Position numbers and translations under genes: made by a program. A stretch of 64,000 nt of DNA from Candidatus Eremiobacteria bacterium (GTDB taxonomy: Bacteria; Vulcanimicrobiota; Vulcanimicrobiia; Vulcanimicrobiales; Vulcanimicrobiaceae), in contig CAVWUU010000001.1 in the NCBI GenBank assembly GCA_963758295.1, positions 608,001 to 672,000 of the forward strand. Reading direction: 5' to 3'. Shown here piece after piece: positions 50,321-63,152 of the stretch. The notes beneath the pieces are model-generated. The model saw only the letters and a list, made by a program, of their open reading frames with translations. It was not told the origin of the DNA and searched no databases. The first letter of the stretch is position 1, and every line of letters begins with the position of its first letter.

Positions 50321-50809
50321 ATGGCGCAAGCAGACAAAAAGCCACTGGTTGGAATTATCATGGGCAGCCGTTCGGACTGGGAAACCATGATCGGCGCGCG
50401 CGATACGCTCGAAGAATTGGAGATTCCCTGCGAAGTGCGCGTCGTCTCCGCGCACCGCATGCCCGACGAGATGTTTGAGTACGCGCAAAGCGCGCGAGAA
50501 CGCGGTCTGCACGCCATTATCGCCGGCGCCGGCGGAGCCGCGCACTTACCCGGTATGACGGCTGCGAAGACGCTCGTGCCCGTGATCGGCGTGCCGGTGC
50601 AATCTAAAGCGCTGAGCGGCATGGACTCCCTGCTCTCGATCGTGCAGATGCCGCCGGGCGTTCCGGTTGCTACGATGGCGATTGGCGGTGCTGTCAACGC
50701 CGCGCTCTTTGCCGCTCGAATCATCGCCCTAAGCGACGCTAAAGTTGCGCTTCGCATAGCCGCGTACACGCAGAAGATGCACGACGCGGCGGCATCGAGT
50801 ACCCCGTGA
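50321..50809 (+). CDS. purE: N5-CAIR mutase PurE
   Basis: [23 protein letters not shown] and [11 protein letters not shown] motifs. Confidence 0.97.
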   Translation: MAQADKKPLVGIIMGSRSDWETMIGARDTLEELEIPCEVRVVSAHRMPDEMFEYAQSARERGLHAIIAGAGGAAHLPGMTAAKTLVPVIGVPVQSKALSGMDSLLSIVQMPPGVPVATMAIGGAVNAALFAARIIALSDAKVALRIAAYTQKMHDAAASSTP

Positions 50810-51936
50810 TTCAGACGATCGGCGTCATCGGGGGCGGCCAGCTTGGCCGCATGTTCGCAATCGACGCAAAGCGCATGGGCTATTCCGTAATTGCGCTCGA
50901 TCCGCAGCCGAATTCGCCGTGCGGTCAAGTCTCCGACGAACAGATCGTCGCGCGGTACGACGATCTGCAGGCCATCGAAGACTTAGGAAAGCGAACCGAC
51001 GTCGTCACGTACGAGTTCGAAAACATCGCTATCGAATCGGTCGAACATCTCGAGCGCAACGGCTACGTCGTTACGCCCTCGAGCGACGTGCTGCGAATCA
51101 CGCAGAACCGGCTTTTCGAAAAGCGCTTCGTGCGCGAGTGCGGCATTCCGACCGCGGACTTCGAAGAAGTCAACGACGAAAACGATCTCATGCGCGCAGC
51201 GGAAACGGTCGGCTATCCGGCGATCTTAAAAACGGTCCGCGGCGGCTACGACGGCAAAGGCCAATGGCGCGTGCATTCACTGCACGAAGCTAAAGACGCG
51301 CTGAATGCGGCCAAGGGCGCGCAGCTCATTTGGGAGCGTATGATTCCCTTCGCATGCGAGCTGAGCGTCATTGCCACGCGCGGCTCCGACGATACCGTCG
51401 TCACTTACCCGGTGGCGGAGAACACACACGATAGCGGCATCCTCGCCATGACGGTCGCGCCGGCGCGCATCAGCGAAGAACTCGCGGGCGTCGCGCGCGC
51501 CATGGCTACGACCATCGGCCGCCGGTTGAAAATCGGCGGCACGTATTGCGTCGAATTCTTCTTAGGCGAAGGCGATCTTCTAATGGTGAACGAGATCGCG
51601 CCGCGCCCTCACAATAGCGGCCATTACACGATCGACGTAACGCAATGCTCGCAATACGAGCAGCACGTACGCGCGATCTGCGATCTTCCGCTCTCGCCGC
51701 CGGAGCTGCTGCGCAGCGCCGTGATGATGAATATCCTCGGGACAGGCGACGGCGACCACCTTCAGGGCGTCTACGAGCTGCTCTCCGACCCGGATATCGT
51801 GCTGCACATGTACGGCAAACGCCACGCGGTAGATCGCCGCAAGATGGGACATTTCACGATGCTCGTTGCCGGCGAAGTAGGCGAAGCGGCAATTCTTCGC
51901 GCCGAACAGCGCCACGAGCGCTTGCGCTGGAGCTAA
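50806..51936 (+). CDS. purK: N5-CAIR synthetase PurK
   Basis: [28 protein letters not shown] and RKMGH motifs. Confidence 0.97.
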   Translation: MIQTIGVIGGGQLGRMFAIDAKRMGYSVIALDPQPNSPCGQVSDEQIVARYDDLQAIEDLGKRTDVVTYEFENIAIESVEHLERNGYVVTPSSDVLRITQNRLFEKRFVRECGIPTADFEEVNDENDLMRAAETVGYPAILKTVRGGYDGKGQWRVHSLHEAKDALNAAKGAQLIWERMIPFACELSVIATRGSDDTVVTYPVAENTHDSGILAMTVAPARISEELAGVARAMATTIGRRLKIGGTYCVEFFLGEGDLLMVNEIAPRPHNSGHYTIDVTQCSQYEQHVRAICDLPLSPPELLRSAVMMNILGTGDGDHLQGVYELLSDPDIVLHMYGKRHAVDRRKMGHFTMLVAGEVGEAAILRAEQRHERLRWS

Positions 51937-51938
51937 GC

Positions 51939-52307
51939 GTGCCTAACGGCGACGTACGCGCTACCGACACGCTTGCAAACGAGCGAACGTATCTAGCCTA
52001 CATTCGTACGGCTCTGGCATTCGTGGCCTTCGGATTCGTCGTAGCGCGCTTCGCATTGTTCTCGCGAGAAATCTCGGTGATTGCCGCGCAAGTTCGTGTT
52101 CCGGCCACGGGCATTTCGCGCGTGCTTGGAATCGCCATGGTCGCAGCCGGTATTGCGTATGGCCTTTACGGCTCGTGGCGCTATGCGGTTATGGATCGCG
52201 CCTTGCGCGAGGGAAAGAACCTCACGCTTTCGCCGTCGGTCGCCTATACGGGCGCGGCAATCGTTGGAATCATCGGCGTCATTATCGCCGTAAATTTGTT
52301 TTTTTAG
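51939..52307 (+). CDS. DUF202 (YidH-like) membrane protein
   Basis: LANERTYLAYIRT signature and three TM segments. Confidence 0.9.
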   Translation: MPNGDVRATDTLANERTYLAYIRTALAFVAFGFVVARFALFSREISVIAAQVRVPATGISRVLGIAMVAAGIAYGLYGSWRYAVMDRALREGKNLTLSPSVAYTGAAIVGIIGVIIAVNLFF

Positions 52308-53444
52308 AAGCCGAGCGACTTCGGTTTTTCCGGAATGTCGGTATAGCCCATCGGCCGGTCCCACCAATCGTGTTTGCGCCATTCGAGCTGCTCTTGCGTC
52401 GGCTTCGGCGGAGTTTTTAGCTCCAGCGCTTTTTCGTACGCCGCAAGATACCGGTCGATCATCGCTTCGGTCGTAAAGTGCTTGTCGACGCGGGCGCGAC
52501 AGGAAGCACGATTGAGCGAATGCAGGTCGCCAACGCGCGTGGTGGCCTCTTCGACGGTGTTGCAAACGTAGCCGGTCACATTATCGGCAACGACCTCGGG
52601 CACTGACCCCATATTGGCGCCAAGTACCGGCGTTCCGCACGCCATCGCTTCGATCATCGTCAAGCCGAAGCGTTCCGGGCGCGTCGTCATGTGCACGAGG
52701 GCGAGTGCATTGCTGAGCAGTTCGTTTCGCGCTTCACGCTCGACCGCGCCGAGAAACTGAATCTGGTCGCCGTCGATGTGCGGCTGCACTTCCTTTTGAA
52801 AATACTCTTCATCTTGCGGAATCGCCGCGATCTTCAGGCGCACGCCGGCTTCTTTGGCGATCTCGATCGCGAGATGCGTGCCCTTCTCCGGATGGAAACG
52901 CCCCAGAAACACGAGATAGTCGCCGGGACGCGACGTGAACGTAAACTCTTTCGGATCGATCCCGTTGTACGTCGTTCCTAAATAGGAAAGGCCTGGATCG
53001 CGGTCGGCATTGCTGATCGAGCAGTAGAAGCTGCGCCACGCACACGCATAGTACGCTGCGAGGATTTGCGGTGACGAAAAGCCGTGGATCGTCGTCAGCA
53101 GCGGCGGGGCCGTCGATCCAAGCGCGTACGTCATCGGCTTCCAATCGAAGTTGTTGTGAATCAGATCGAATTCGCCGGCGCGGCGAAACAACTCGCCGAT
53201 GTGCAAGGCGGAGAACACGTCGCCGTTTAGCGCCGGGATCTTCGTTTAGCCCGACTGGAATGACGATCTCGAGCCGGCCCTCGAATTTCGAGTTCCCGGT
53301 CGCGAAAAGCGTGACGTCGAGTCCGCGCCGCCGCATGCCGTCGGCAATGTTGAACGCGATCTGTTCCCACGGACCATACCCGGTCGGCGGTGTCGGCCAT
53401 GCGATCGGCGCGAGCACGGCAAGACGAAGTCCGGCGAAGTTCAT
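52304..53444 (-). CDS. GT4 glycosyltransferase (one frameshift near 53230, probably error)
   Basis: PP.GYGPWE N-terminus, then GRFHPEKG and ERFGLTMIEAMACGTPV in a second frame. Confidence 0.85.
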
Positions 53445-54630
53445 CACCGGCTTCGTTACCCAAATTAACGGCGATTTCGCCGGCTTTGATTACGGCTTGC
53501 GGAGAACGCAGCGCGCGAACATCTTCGCCGGCGTCGCCGTCGAGCAGCAGCAGGTCGGCCGGTTCGCCTGCGGCGAGGACGCCGCGGTGCAATCCCGAGC
53601 AGTTCAGCCGCGACGGCGGTTGCTGCGTGCAGCGCCTGCTGCGGCGTCATGCCGAGCAGCGTGTGCATCAATTCCACTTCGTAAGCGTAGTTATCGTGAA
53701 AATTGATACGGCGTACCGGCGTCGGAGCCGCCCGCGATCTTCACGCCGCCTTCGAAAGCACGCCGGATGTTGCGCTGCATCGCTTCGTTCACCAACTCCG
53801 CCTTTGCGACGACCCAATCGGGCTGAGCGCCGTTCCCGACATTTTCTAAGATGCACGTCGGCGCGGTCAGCGTGGGCACGAGATAGACATCGTGAGATTT
53901 GAACAAGCTCGATCGCTTCGTCGTCGAGCATATGGCCATGCTCGATCGGAATCGATGCCCGCGCGCAAGAGCGTTCTTGATCCCTTCCGTGCCGATTGCA
54001 TGTGCAGCAACGCGCAAACCGTGACGGTGTGCTTCATGAATTGCAGCTTCGAGCTCTTCGGGAAGCAGCTGCGCGTTGCCGGGAACGGCGCCTTTCGTCA
54101 GAACGCCGCCGGTTGCGATGACTTTGATGCAATCGGCGCCGGCCCAAAGTTGCTCGCGCACGGCTTTGCGGGCTTCCCACGGACTGTCGATCGTGCGCCC
54201 GAGAAACCAGCCGTGGCCGCCCGTCATGCACAGCACCGATCCGGCCGTGCGGATGCGCGGGCCGGGGATCGGCCCCGCGTTATGGCGTCGCGCAACGTCC
54301 GCGACAATGGCGTTGGAACATGCCGAGGTCACGAATCGTCGTGACGCCGGACGCCAGCGTTTTGCGCGCGTTCTCGACGGCGCGCAGCAGGCGTTGGTTC
54401 GGCGTCATCGACGCAACCGCGCCCATAGAGTTCGGGCTCGCCGCTCATCTCGAGATGAACGTGCGCGTTTACAAGCCCCGGCGTAACGCACGCGGCTATG
54501 CGATCGTAGCTCGTACCGTCACCTGCGGCGCGAATGTCGCAACGATTGCGGCGCCGTCGATAACGATGTCGACGTTCGTCTGCGGCGCTGCGAGCGTGCC
54601 GTCGTAGAGCTTTCCGGCGCGAACGATCAT
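53441..54630 (-). CDS. Amidohydrolase (Xaa-Pro dipeptidase-like), multiple frameshifts
   Basis: PGLVNAHVHL, IKVIATGGV, AAHAIG and GSDAGTP lie in successive frames. Confidence 0.8.
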
Positions 54631-55567
54631 GGAGCGGCCGCGCGGCAGCGCGAGCGTCGGAAGCTTCCAATGCCTGGAACGTTTTGCTGGTGAGCGTGTG
54701 GCCGCAGACACGCTGCCGATGAAGCGTGACGCGGCGCGCACTTTGGCGAGATCGACGCCGGTTTCGATGCCCATCGAATGCAGCAGATACAGCACGTCTT
54801 CCGTACCGACGTTCCCTGTTGCGCCCGGGGCATAGGGACATCCGCCCAGGCCGCCGGCAGAACTGAATCGAAGATCGTGCACGCCGTGCTAGCAGCGCCG
54901 CATAGATATTGGCAGCGCGGTGCCGCGCGTATCGTGAAAGTGAAACGCGAGATTGTCGAGCGGAATGTGCTTGTAGCAGAGCCGGAACGAGCTCGTCGAC
55001 TTGGCTCGGGACGCCGACGCCGATCGTATCGCCGACGGAAAGTTCGTCGCAGCCCATATCGATCAGTTTCGACGCGACGTCGACGACCGTTTTGGCGTCG
55101 ATCGTGTCGCCGAACGGTGAACCGAACGCGGTCGACACGTAGCCGCGCACCCACATGCCGTCTTTCTTTCGCGGTAGACACGACGTCGTCGAAGATCGAG
55201 ATCGACTCGTCGATCGTCATGTTGATGTTGCGGCGCGTGAACGTTTCCGAGCTGCGCGTGAACACGGCGATGGCGTCTGCGCCGGCCGCTTTAGCGCGTT
55301 CGTAGCCTTTCATATTCGGCGACGAGCACGGGATAGCGCACGCCCGGCGCCTTCTTCGATTCGCGTGAAAACGTCGGCGGCATCGCCCAGTTGCGGAATC
55401 GCTTTTGGGCTGACGAACGACGTCGCTTCGATCCAGCTGCAGCCCGGTCTCGGAGAGCAGGTCGATGTAGCGAATCTTGTCGTCCGTCGAGATGCACCTC
55501 GTGTTCGTTCTGCAAGCCGTCGCGCAGCGCCCATCTCGCACAGCGTGACGGATTTTGGAAGGCTCAT
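54627..55567 (-). CDS. Hydroxymethylglutaryl-CoA lyase (LiuE-like), multiple frameshifts
   Basis: RDGLQNE, IEATSFVSPKAIPQL, SVGDTIGVG and GGLGGCPYAPGATGNV pieces. Confidence 0.85.
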
Positions 55568-57512
55568 ACTTCTTCCAATCGTCGATCCAGCGGCGCACCG
55601 CCGCTGACGATGTCGCCTTCCTTAACGAGCACCGCTGTGACCTTCGCTGCGCCGCGTCGCCTCGATGCGATGCTCCATCTTCATGGCTTCGAGCACGACC
55701 AGGAGCCGCGCGTTCCTCGACTTCGTCGCCCTCGCGCACGGCGATCTTGACGATCTTACCCGGCATGGGCGAGCGATGCGGCCGTCGCCGCCGCCGGCGC
55801 GCGCTGCCGCCGCTCGGCGGTGGGCGGCAGCGCGCAAAGTGAAGCGCTGTACGTCGGGCCGGCGAGAAGCGCGCCGCGTACCGTCGTCGAACGACCGGCC
55901 GTTCGACCGTCAGCGTCGCCGCCGAAACGCTTCAGATGATCGGCCGTGCACCCGAGCGCGCAGCTCTCCGTCGACGTCGCCTTCCAGCTGCCAGCGAGTC
56001 CGGTCGCCGGTTGCGTCGCGTCGATCGTGAAGCGCGCGCCGTCGCTTTGCAAGCGAACCGGCATGCCGACGCCCGCCAGGCGCCAGGCGCATCGCCGTCG
56101 AGCAAGCAATGCCGCGGCGCAAGCAACGCTGCTTCCTTGGGGTGCGGCTTCGCACGAAAGATCGATTCGTCGAGCCGCTGCGGCAAGAAAACTCGTGGTC
56201 GTCTTTCCTTCGCGATACCATTCGTCGCGAACGATCCACTGCAAGCAGCGGAACGTTTGCACGAACGCCCTCGATCACGAAATCGCTAAGCGCGGCATCC
56301 ATCCGCGCGACCGCGTGTTCGCGCGATCGCTTCCGAAACAATCAGCTTCGCGAGCATCGGATCGTAGTAGACGCTGACTTCACTTCCCGTCGTAACGCCG
56401 GCGTCGACGCGAACGCCCGGTCCTTCCGGCGGTTGCCAACATGCGATCGTCCCGGTTGAGGGCAGCATGTGATTCGCCGGGTCTTCCGCGTAAATGCGCG
56501 ACTCGATCGACCACCCTCGCGGGCGCACGTCGCTCTGCGAAATTGTAAGACGTTCGCCGTTCGCGATTCGCAACTGCCATTGCACCAGATCGACACCGTA
56601 TACGAGTTCGGTGACGGGATGCTCCACTTGCAGGCGCGTGTTCATTTCGAGGAAGTAGTAGCGCCCGTCTTTGTCCAGCATGAATTCGCACGTGCCGGCG
56701 TTTACGTAGTTTACCGATTGCGCGGCGCGCGACCGCAGCGCCGCCCATCTCGGCGCGAAGTTCCGGCGACAGCGCTACCGACGGCGCTTCCTCGACGATT
56801 TTTTGGTGACGCCGCTGGATCGAGCATTCTCGCTCGCCTAAGTGAATGATGGTGCCGTGCGAGTCCGCCAAGATCTGAAACTCGATGTGCCGTGGATCGC
56901 GCAGATAGCGCTCCAGCAGGACGGCGTCGTCGCCGAAAGCTGCCAGCGCTTCGCGCTTTGCCGCTGCAAGCGCTTCGTCGAACCGCCTCGAGTGATTCCA
57001 CGACCCGCATGCCGCGACCGCCGCCGCCTGCGCTCGCTTTGATCAAGAGCGGAAAACCGACGCTCGGGCTTCGTTGCGAAGACGTTCGCCGGACTGATCG
57101 TCGCCGTCGTATCCCGGTACCGTCGGAACGTCGAATTCGCGCACGCGTTGCTTCGCCGCGATCTTGCTGCCCATGGCGGCCATTGCGTCCGGCGACGGGC
57201 CGACGAAGATCAGTCCCGCATCGGTCGACGGCCTGGCAAACGCCGCTCGTTCCGAAAGAAAACCGTACCCCGGATGCACGGCGTCGGCCTTCATATGCGA
57301 TCGCGGCGGCAATGACCGCGTCGATATTCAGATACGATTCCGGTGCGGGCGCCGGTCCGACGCAGCGTGCGTCATCCATGAACTCCAAGTGATATGCATT
57401 CGCATCCGCTTCGGAGTAAATGCCGAGCGGCGCGATGCCCATTTCCCGCGCGCCGCGCGCGACGCGAACGGCGATTTCGCCGCGATTGGCAATGAGCAAG
57501 CCGCCAAATCAT
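55564..57512 (-). CDS. Methylcrotonyl-CoA carboxylase alpha-type biotin carboxylase/BCCP (LiuD-like), multiple frameshifts
   Basis: [40 protein letters not shown] and LEAMKME pieces. Confidence 0.88.
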
Positions 57513-58296
57513 TGTGCAAACTCCGCGGGGCGACGCTCGAGAAACGCGCGCAAGCCTTCTTGGCCTTCTTCGCTTACACGACGTTTTGCAATGGCGTGCT
57601 GCGGTAATGTCGCGCGACGCAGTCGTAGTCACTCGACGCAACGTCGACGAATGAGTTGTTTGCTGCGGCCGTCGCCGTGGGGCCCGGCGGTACGCAACTC
57701 GCCGAGGACGCGTTCGACGCGCACGTCGAGCGTGTCCAGCGTGGTGACGATTTCGTGGACCAGGCCAATTTGCATCGCGCGCTGCGCATCGAAGCGTTCG
57801 CCCGTCAAGAACAGCGCACGCGCGTTAGACATGCCGATCTTGGGCAGTACGAACGGCGAGATTACCGCGGGAATGATGCCGAGTTTGACTTCCGTGAACC
57901 CGAAAACCGTTTCGTCGCTGGCAATCACGATGTCGCAGACGGCCGCTAATCCGGCGCCGCCGCCCAAGCGCCGCGCCGTGGATGCGGCCGACCACCGGCT
58001 TCGCGCAGCGGTCGATCGCCCGGAACATATCGCTCATGCGCTTCGCGCGTCCCCGACGTTCGCGTCGTAGCTCAATTCCAGCGCGCCGCGCATCCAATTG
58101 ATGTCCGCGCCGCCGCAGAACGACTTGCCCTCGCCGGCAAGCACCACGGCGCGAACCGTGTCATCGGCCGCTCAGTTGAGTGAAAGTTTCGCGGAGTTCG
58201 CGGATGACGTCGGCGTTGAAGGCATTGCGGACGTCGGGGCGCGCAAGCGTCACGCGCGCGACCGCGCCGGTCGTTGAAACGGTAGATCGTAGCCAT
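57509..58296 (-). CDS. Enoyl-CoA hydratase / methylglutaconyl-CoA hydratase (LiuC-like), multiple frameshifts
   Basis: RPDVRNAFN, SFCGGADI, GGGAGLAAVCD and EVKLGIIPAVISPFV pieces. ATGA overlap with the next gene. Confidence 0.85.
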
Positions 58297-58360
58297 GGCG
58301 GACCGTTCAGTTCGTCCTTTCATCCGAAGCCCGCCTTGGGGGCGTTATACTAGTATTAGA

Positions 58361-59159
58361 ATGCGGAAGAAATCTATCGTTATGCGGTAACCACGCGCCT
58401 GAGCCACTGGCTCTGGGTCATCGCCTTCGCGGTGCTCGTTTCCAGTGGACTGCAGATCTTCAACGCGGCGCCCGTATTTGGACGCCTCGGATAAGTCCAA
58501 TCCGGCGCGGCGCGTTCTTTCGATCCAGTCGCCGGCGGACGGCGTCGGGACCACGACGCTCTTCGGGCGAACCGTTACCACGACCGGATGGCTTGGCTGG
58601 ACGGACGACGGGATGGGCGGCAAAGGGGCGCGCGCGGTTCCCGAGCTGGATCACGATCCCATCGTTCCAAGATCTAGCCGACGGCCGGCGCTGGCATCTG
58701 TTCTTCGCCTGGTTTGCGCTCTTATGTTGGCTCGCGTGGCTCGTCTCGAGCGCGATCAAAGGGAATCTCCGCGACCTCGTGCTCCGGCCTTCGGACCTGC
58801 CGAAGCTCTGGCCGATGCAAGCCTATTACCTGCGCTTGCGCAAAGAGCCGCCGCCGCACGGGACGTACAACCCGCTGCAGAAAGCGTCTTATACCGCAAT
58901 CATGTTCGTCATCGCGCCGCTAGTCGTGCTTACCGGGCTCGCGCTTTCCCCTGGAATCGATGCCGTCGCGCAGCCGCTAACGGCGGTCTTCGGCGGACGG
59001 CAGTTCGCAAGGCTTTGGCATTTCGCGGGAATGCTGCTTCTGATTGCCTTTTTCGTGATTCACACGTTCCAAGTTGCGACGCAAGGCGTCTTCAATCAAA
59101 TGCGTTCGATGATAACCGGCTGGTATCGCGCCGGCGAGCGTGACGGAGTAGGACCGTGA
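58361..59159 (+). CDS. Cytochrome b (YdhU/PhsC-like Ni-hydrogenase b-type) membrane subunit, frameshifted
   Basis: HWL.., SGLQIFNA, GRRWHLFFAW, YNPLQK and ARLWHF motifs. Confidence 0.8.
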
Positions 59160-59897
59160 AACGGAAGCTTTTTATCGCAAGCACGATCTCCTCAGCACTC
59201 GCAGCGTGCTCGCCGATCGGCACCGCGTTAAATCAGAACGAGCGTTTTCACGCCTTCCTTGGAAACGGGGAGAAAGTCTCGCATGCGCTGATCGGCACGT
59301 CGGGCCTGGCTCGTGAATACCGCGAAAGCGACGTCGACCGGCAGTTTCGCGTGAACGGCCTTGCAACGCCGAGCGACGCTCAGTATTCCGACTTGGTGCA
59401 GCGCCATTTTGGACCGTACCGCCTCGTCGTCGACGGAGCCGTCGAACGCGCGAGGCGCCTTCACGCTCGATCAGTTGCAAAGCCTGCCCCAAATGACGCA
59501 GATTACTCGTCACGACTGCGTCGAGGGTTGGAGCGCCATCGGCAAATGGAGCGGGGTGCGTTTGAGCGATCTGCTCGGGGCCGTGTCGCCGCGTTCCGAT
59601 GCGCGCTACGTCGTCTTCCATTGCATGGACAAAGACGATCAAGGCACCCCGTATTACGAAAGCCTCGATATGCATCAGGCGCGGCATCCGCAAACGTTGC
59701 TGGCCCTTCGCCTCAACGATGCTGCCCTCGATCCCGACCACGGCGCGCCGGTTCGTTTACGCGTTCCGACGCAACTCGGGTATAAGAGCGCCAAGTGGAT
59801 CGGCCGTATCGAAGTCGTCGGCAGTTTCGCGAATCTTTACTCCGGTAACGGCGGCTATTGGGAGGATCAGGGATACGAATGGTACGCGGGGATTTAA
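59156..59897 (+). CDS. Molybdopterin-dependent oxidoreductase (sulfite oxidase/MsrP-like), one frameshift near 59455
   Basis: Tat-like KRKLF, RHDCVEGWS, HGAPVRLRVP.QLGYKSAK and GGYWED motifs. Confidence 0.85.
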
Positions 59898-60496
59898 GCG
59901 CGCTTCTGGCCTTTGCATTGCTCGCTGCAACGCCGGCTATGACGTTCGACCTCTCCGGGGATGGCTCGCAGTGGGCCGCCGGAATCAGCAAAAGAACGGT
60001 CGGGCACGCGAACGGCATGACGTACGCCCAGTGGTACATCGCGATCAAGCATAACGGAAGCGTGGCGTACGAATCGCCGCGCGACGGCGGCCCTCTCACG
60101 AAGGTCTCGAAGGCACACGGCGCAGAGATGTGGTTCCCTTCGCAATCCGCGCAGATCGTGGGCGCGGCTGCGTTGATGGGCTCGAGTGCGCAACAGCTTG
60201 TCGTCGACTCACACGAGACGGGCGCTGATTGCGGCAGCGCAACGGTAACGATTTTTCGCTACGACAATGCCTCGCGCAAAGTCGTTCCGGCCGCCACGGT
60301 GCAAAACGGGTGCGAACTCACCGCCAAGATCAGCGGCTCAAACGTCGTGCTAACCGGTCCATATTACGCGAAGAACGCCGCGATGTGCTGCCCGACCAAA
60401 CCAAAAGCCACGGCAACGCTCGTGTATCGCAATTCTCGCTGGATCGAAACCCCGCAATACTTCGCCCTTTATCCCAACGCTTTTCCACGAATGTAG
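59879..60496 (+). CDS. Hypothetical secreted protein with ..MCCPT motif
   Basis: Signal-like N-terminus. GADCG, NGC and AMCCP cysteines. Confidence 0.6.
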   Translation: MVRGDLSALLAFALLAATPAMTFDLSGDGSQWAAGISKRTVGHANGMTYAQWYIAIKHNGSVAYESPRDGGPLTKVSKAHGAEMWFPSQSAQIVGAAALMGSSAQQLVVDSHETGADCGSATVTIFRYDNASRKVVPAATVQNGCELTAKISGSNVVLTGPYYAKNAAMCCPTKPKATATLVYRNSRWIETPQYFALYPNAFPRM

Positions 60497-60543
60497 ACGA
60501 GATGTCTACCGCAATCGCGCCGGGACCGAAACCCGCCTAAGGC

Positions 60544-60566
60544 GTCATTCCGAGCTTTTCGAAGGA
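60544..60566. repeat. Degenerate REP-like half element
   Basis: GTCATTCCGAGCTTTTCGAAGGA resembles both arms of the 11203-11251 repeat. Lies between convergent genes. Confidence 0.5.
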
Positions 60567-60572
60567 CAGGCG

Positions 60573-61471
60573 CTAAACGGCCTCGCCGGGGATGACTTCG
60601 GCGGCGGTCTGTTTTGTTAGGGCGATCGCCATGCCGGCGACGACCGCAAGCGAGCCGGCAATTTCACGGATGCCGAAGTGTTCGCCGCCAAAGATGACGC
60701 CCACGATCACCGCGAGTACCGGGATAATAAGTGAAGAAAGTCCCACGATCCACGCGGGGATGCGCTGCAGCAGCCAAAGGTTGAAGAAGAACGCCACGCC
60801 GCTGCCGATAAGCGACAGATAGGCGATGGCGCCGAGCGACGGAACGCTGAAGACTTTTGCCCAATCGGGATGCTCGCTTACAACTCCAAAAGTGCCGACC
60901 GCAATTCCCGCGAGAATCATCGCCGGCGGCAGCGTCACCAGAGGCGCGTGATGCGCGTGTCGTTTCGCATAGACGTTGGCGAATGCCGACGACGCGGCCG
61001 CGGCGATCGCGCACAAAGCGCAAAGAGCGGCGAGCCCTGCACCTGCGAGCCGAGCGAGATGATCGCAACGCCGATGAAGGCAACGAATGCACCTACCCAA
61101 ATGCGCGGCGTCGTGCGCTCGTGCGCTAGATAATGTCCGAGCCCGAACATGAAGAACGGCAGAATCCCGAACAGCACCGCTACGAGGCCGGAGTCCAACC
61201 GCGTCTCGGCGGTATACGTAAAGATGTAGTTCAGGCCGAAAAGAAACACAGCGAGAACGCCCACGAGTTTCCACGGAACCGGTCCACGCGTACCGCGCTG
61301 GAATAGGGCGACCACGCCCAACGCCAGGCCCGCGATGACGAAACGCAGGCCCACGCCGGTCATCGGCGGAGCGTAGTGCAGCGCCACTTTGATGACGAGC
61401 CACGTCGTGCCCCAGATCGAACACATTGCCGCATAGGCGCCGGCGACGCCGGCGCGCTCGTTGGAAAGCAT
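60573..61471 (-). CDS. EamA/DMT transporter (one frameshift near 61020)
   Basis: IWGTTWLVIK, LRFVIAG, YLSLIGS and IPVLAV motifs. Confidence 0.85.
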
Positions 61472-61474
61472 GCG

Positions 61475-63064
61475 TTACATTCGGAAGATGCCGAAGTTCG
61501 TCTGCGGCAGCGGTGCATTCGCGGCCGCGTCGAGCCCAATGGCAATTACGCGGCGCGTATCCAGCGGGTCGATGATGCCGTCATCCCATAAGCGGGCCGT
61601 CGAGTAGTACGGACTGCCTTCGCGTTCGTACTTTTCAAGAATCGGTGCTTCGAACGCGGCCTTTTCCTTTTCCGTCATGTTGCCTTTGACGGTCGAAAGC
61701 ACGCTCGCGGCTTGCGGACCGCCCATGACGCTGATGCGCGCATTCGGCCACATCCAGAGCTGGCGCGGCGAATAGGCGCGGCCGCACATGCCGTAATTGC
61801 CGGCGCCGAAGCTGCCCCCGATCACGACGGTAAATTTCGGAACTTCGGCACACGCAACGGCGGTTACGAGCTTCGCGCCGTCTTTGGCAATGCCGCCGTT
61901 TTCGTATTCCTTGCCAACCATGAAGCCGGTGATGTTTTGCAAGAACAGTAACGGCGTTCCACGTTGGACGCACAGTTCGATGAAGTGGGCGCCTTTGAGC
62001 GCGCTTTCGCTGAAGAGGATGCCGTTGTTCGCAAGAATGCCGACCGGGTGGCCTTCGATGCGGGCAAAGCCGCATACGAGCGTTGTGCCGTACCGTGCTT
62101 TGAACTCGTGCAACTCCGAACCGTCAACGAGGCGCGCGATGATTTCGCGCACGTCGTAGCCGATGCGGCTATCTGCCGGGATGATGCCGTAAATTTCGCG
62201 CGGATCGTATTTCGGCTCGCGCGGTTCGGTGCGATCCCACTGCTGCGGCAGCTCGCGATGCAAGTTCCGCACGACCTCACGCACGATGCCCAGTGCGTGG
62301 TCGTCATCGTTGGCGAAATGATCGGCAACTCCCGAGATGCGCGTATGAACGTCGGCGCCGCCCAATTCTTCCGCGGTAACTTCTTCGCCGGTTGCAGCTT
62401 TAACAAGCGGCGGTCCACCGAGAAAAATCGTGCCGTTGCCCTTGACGATAACGGTCTCGTCGCTCATGGCCGGGACGTACGCCCCGCCCGCGGTGCACGA
62501 TCCCATCACCGATGCAATCTGAGGGATGCGTTTTCCCGACATGCGCGCTTGATTGTAAAAAATGCGGCCGAAGTGATCGCGATCGGGAAAGACGTCGGCC
62601 TGGAGCGGCAGAAAGGCTCCGCCGGAATCGACGAGATAAATGCACGGCAGGTGGTTCTGCTCGGCGATCTCCTGAGCGCGGAGATGTTTCTTCACCGTCA
62701 TGGGGTAGTACGTACCGCCTTTGACGGTGGCATCGTTCGCGACGATGACGCACTGCTGGCCTTCGACGATGCCGATGCCGGTGATGATTCCGGCCGACGG
62801 CGAGCCGTCTTCGTACATGCCGTTCGCGGCGAGGGCGGAAAACTCGAGGAAGTCCGAGCCGTTGTCGACGAGGGTGTCGATCCGCTCGCGCGCGGTAAGC
62901 TTGCCGCGCTTGCGGTGCTTGGCAACGGCCTCCGGGCCGCCGCCGGCGCGTACGGCCATCAGCCGCTTGCGATAATCTGCGACTAAAGACTCCATGCGGT
63001 CCGCGTTTTTCGCGAACGCATCGCTACGCCGCTCTAGGCGCGTTTCCAACAAACTCACGGCCAT
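61475..63064 (-). CDS. Methylcrotonyl-CoA carboxylase beta (carboxyltransferase, LiuB-like)
   Basis: [30 protein letters not shown] and [14 protein letters not shown] motifs. Confidence 0.95.
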   Translation of the reverse strand: MAVSLLETRLERRSDAFAKNADRMESLVADYRKRLMAVRAGGGPEAVAKHRKRGKLTARERIDTLVDNGSDFLEFSALAANGMYEDGSPSAGIITGIGIVEGQQCVIVANDATVKGGTYYPMTVKKHLRAQEIAEQNHLPCIYLVDSGGAFLPLQADVFPDRDHFGRIFYNQARMSGKRIPQIASVMGSCTAGGAYVPAMSDETVIVKGNGTIFLGGPPLVKAATGEEVTAEELGGADVHTRISGVADHFANDDDHALGIVREVVRNLHRELPQQWDRTEPREPKYDPREIYGIIPADSRIGYDVREIIARLVDGSELHEFKARYGTTLVCGFARIEGHPVGILANNGILFSESALKGAHFIELCVQRGTPLLFLQNITGFMVGKEYENGGIAKDGAKLVTAVACAEVPKFTVVIGGSFGAGNYGMCGRAYSPRQLWMWPNARISVMGGPQAASVLSTVKGNMTEKEKAAFEAPILEKYEREGSPYYSTARLWDDGIIDPLDTRRVIAIGLDAAANAPLPQTNFGIFRM

Positions 63065-63152
63065 CGCTGTTCGGCATAATTTAATCCGCTTCCCCGCGTT
63101 GGTTAATGGGGCTTTAAAACGGATCTCCGAGAATTGTCGTTAGAGTATATGT

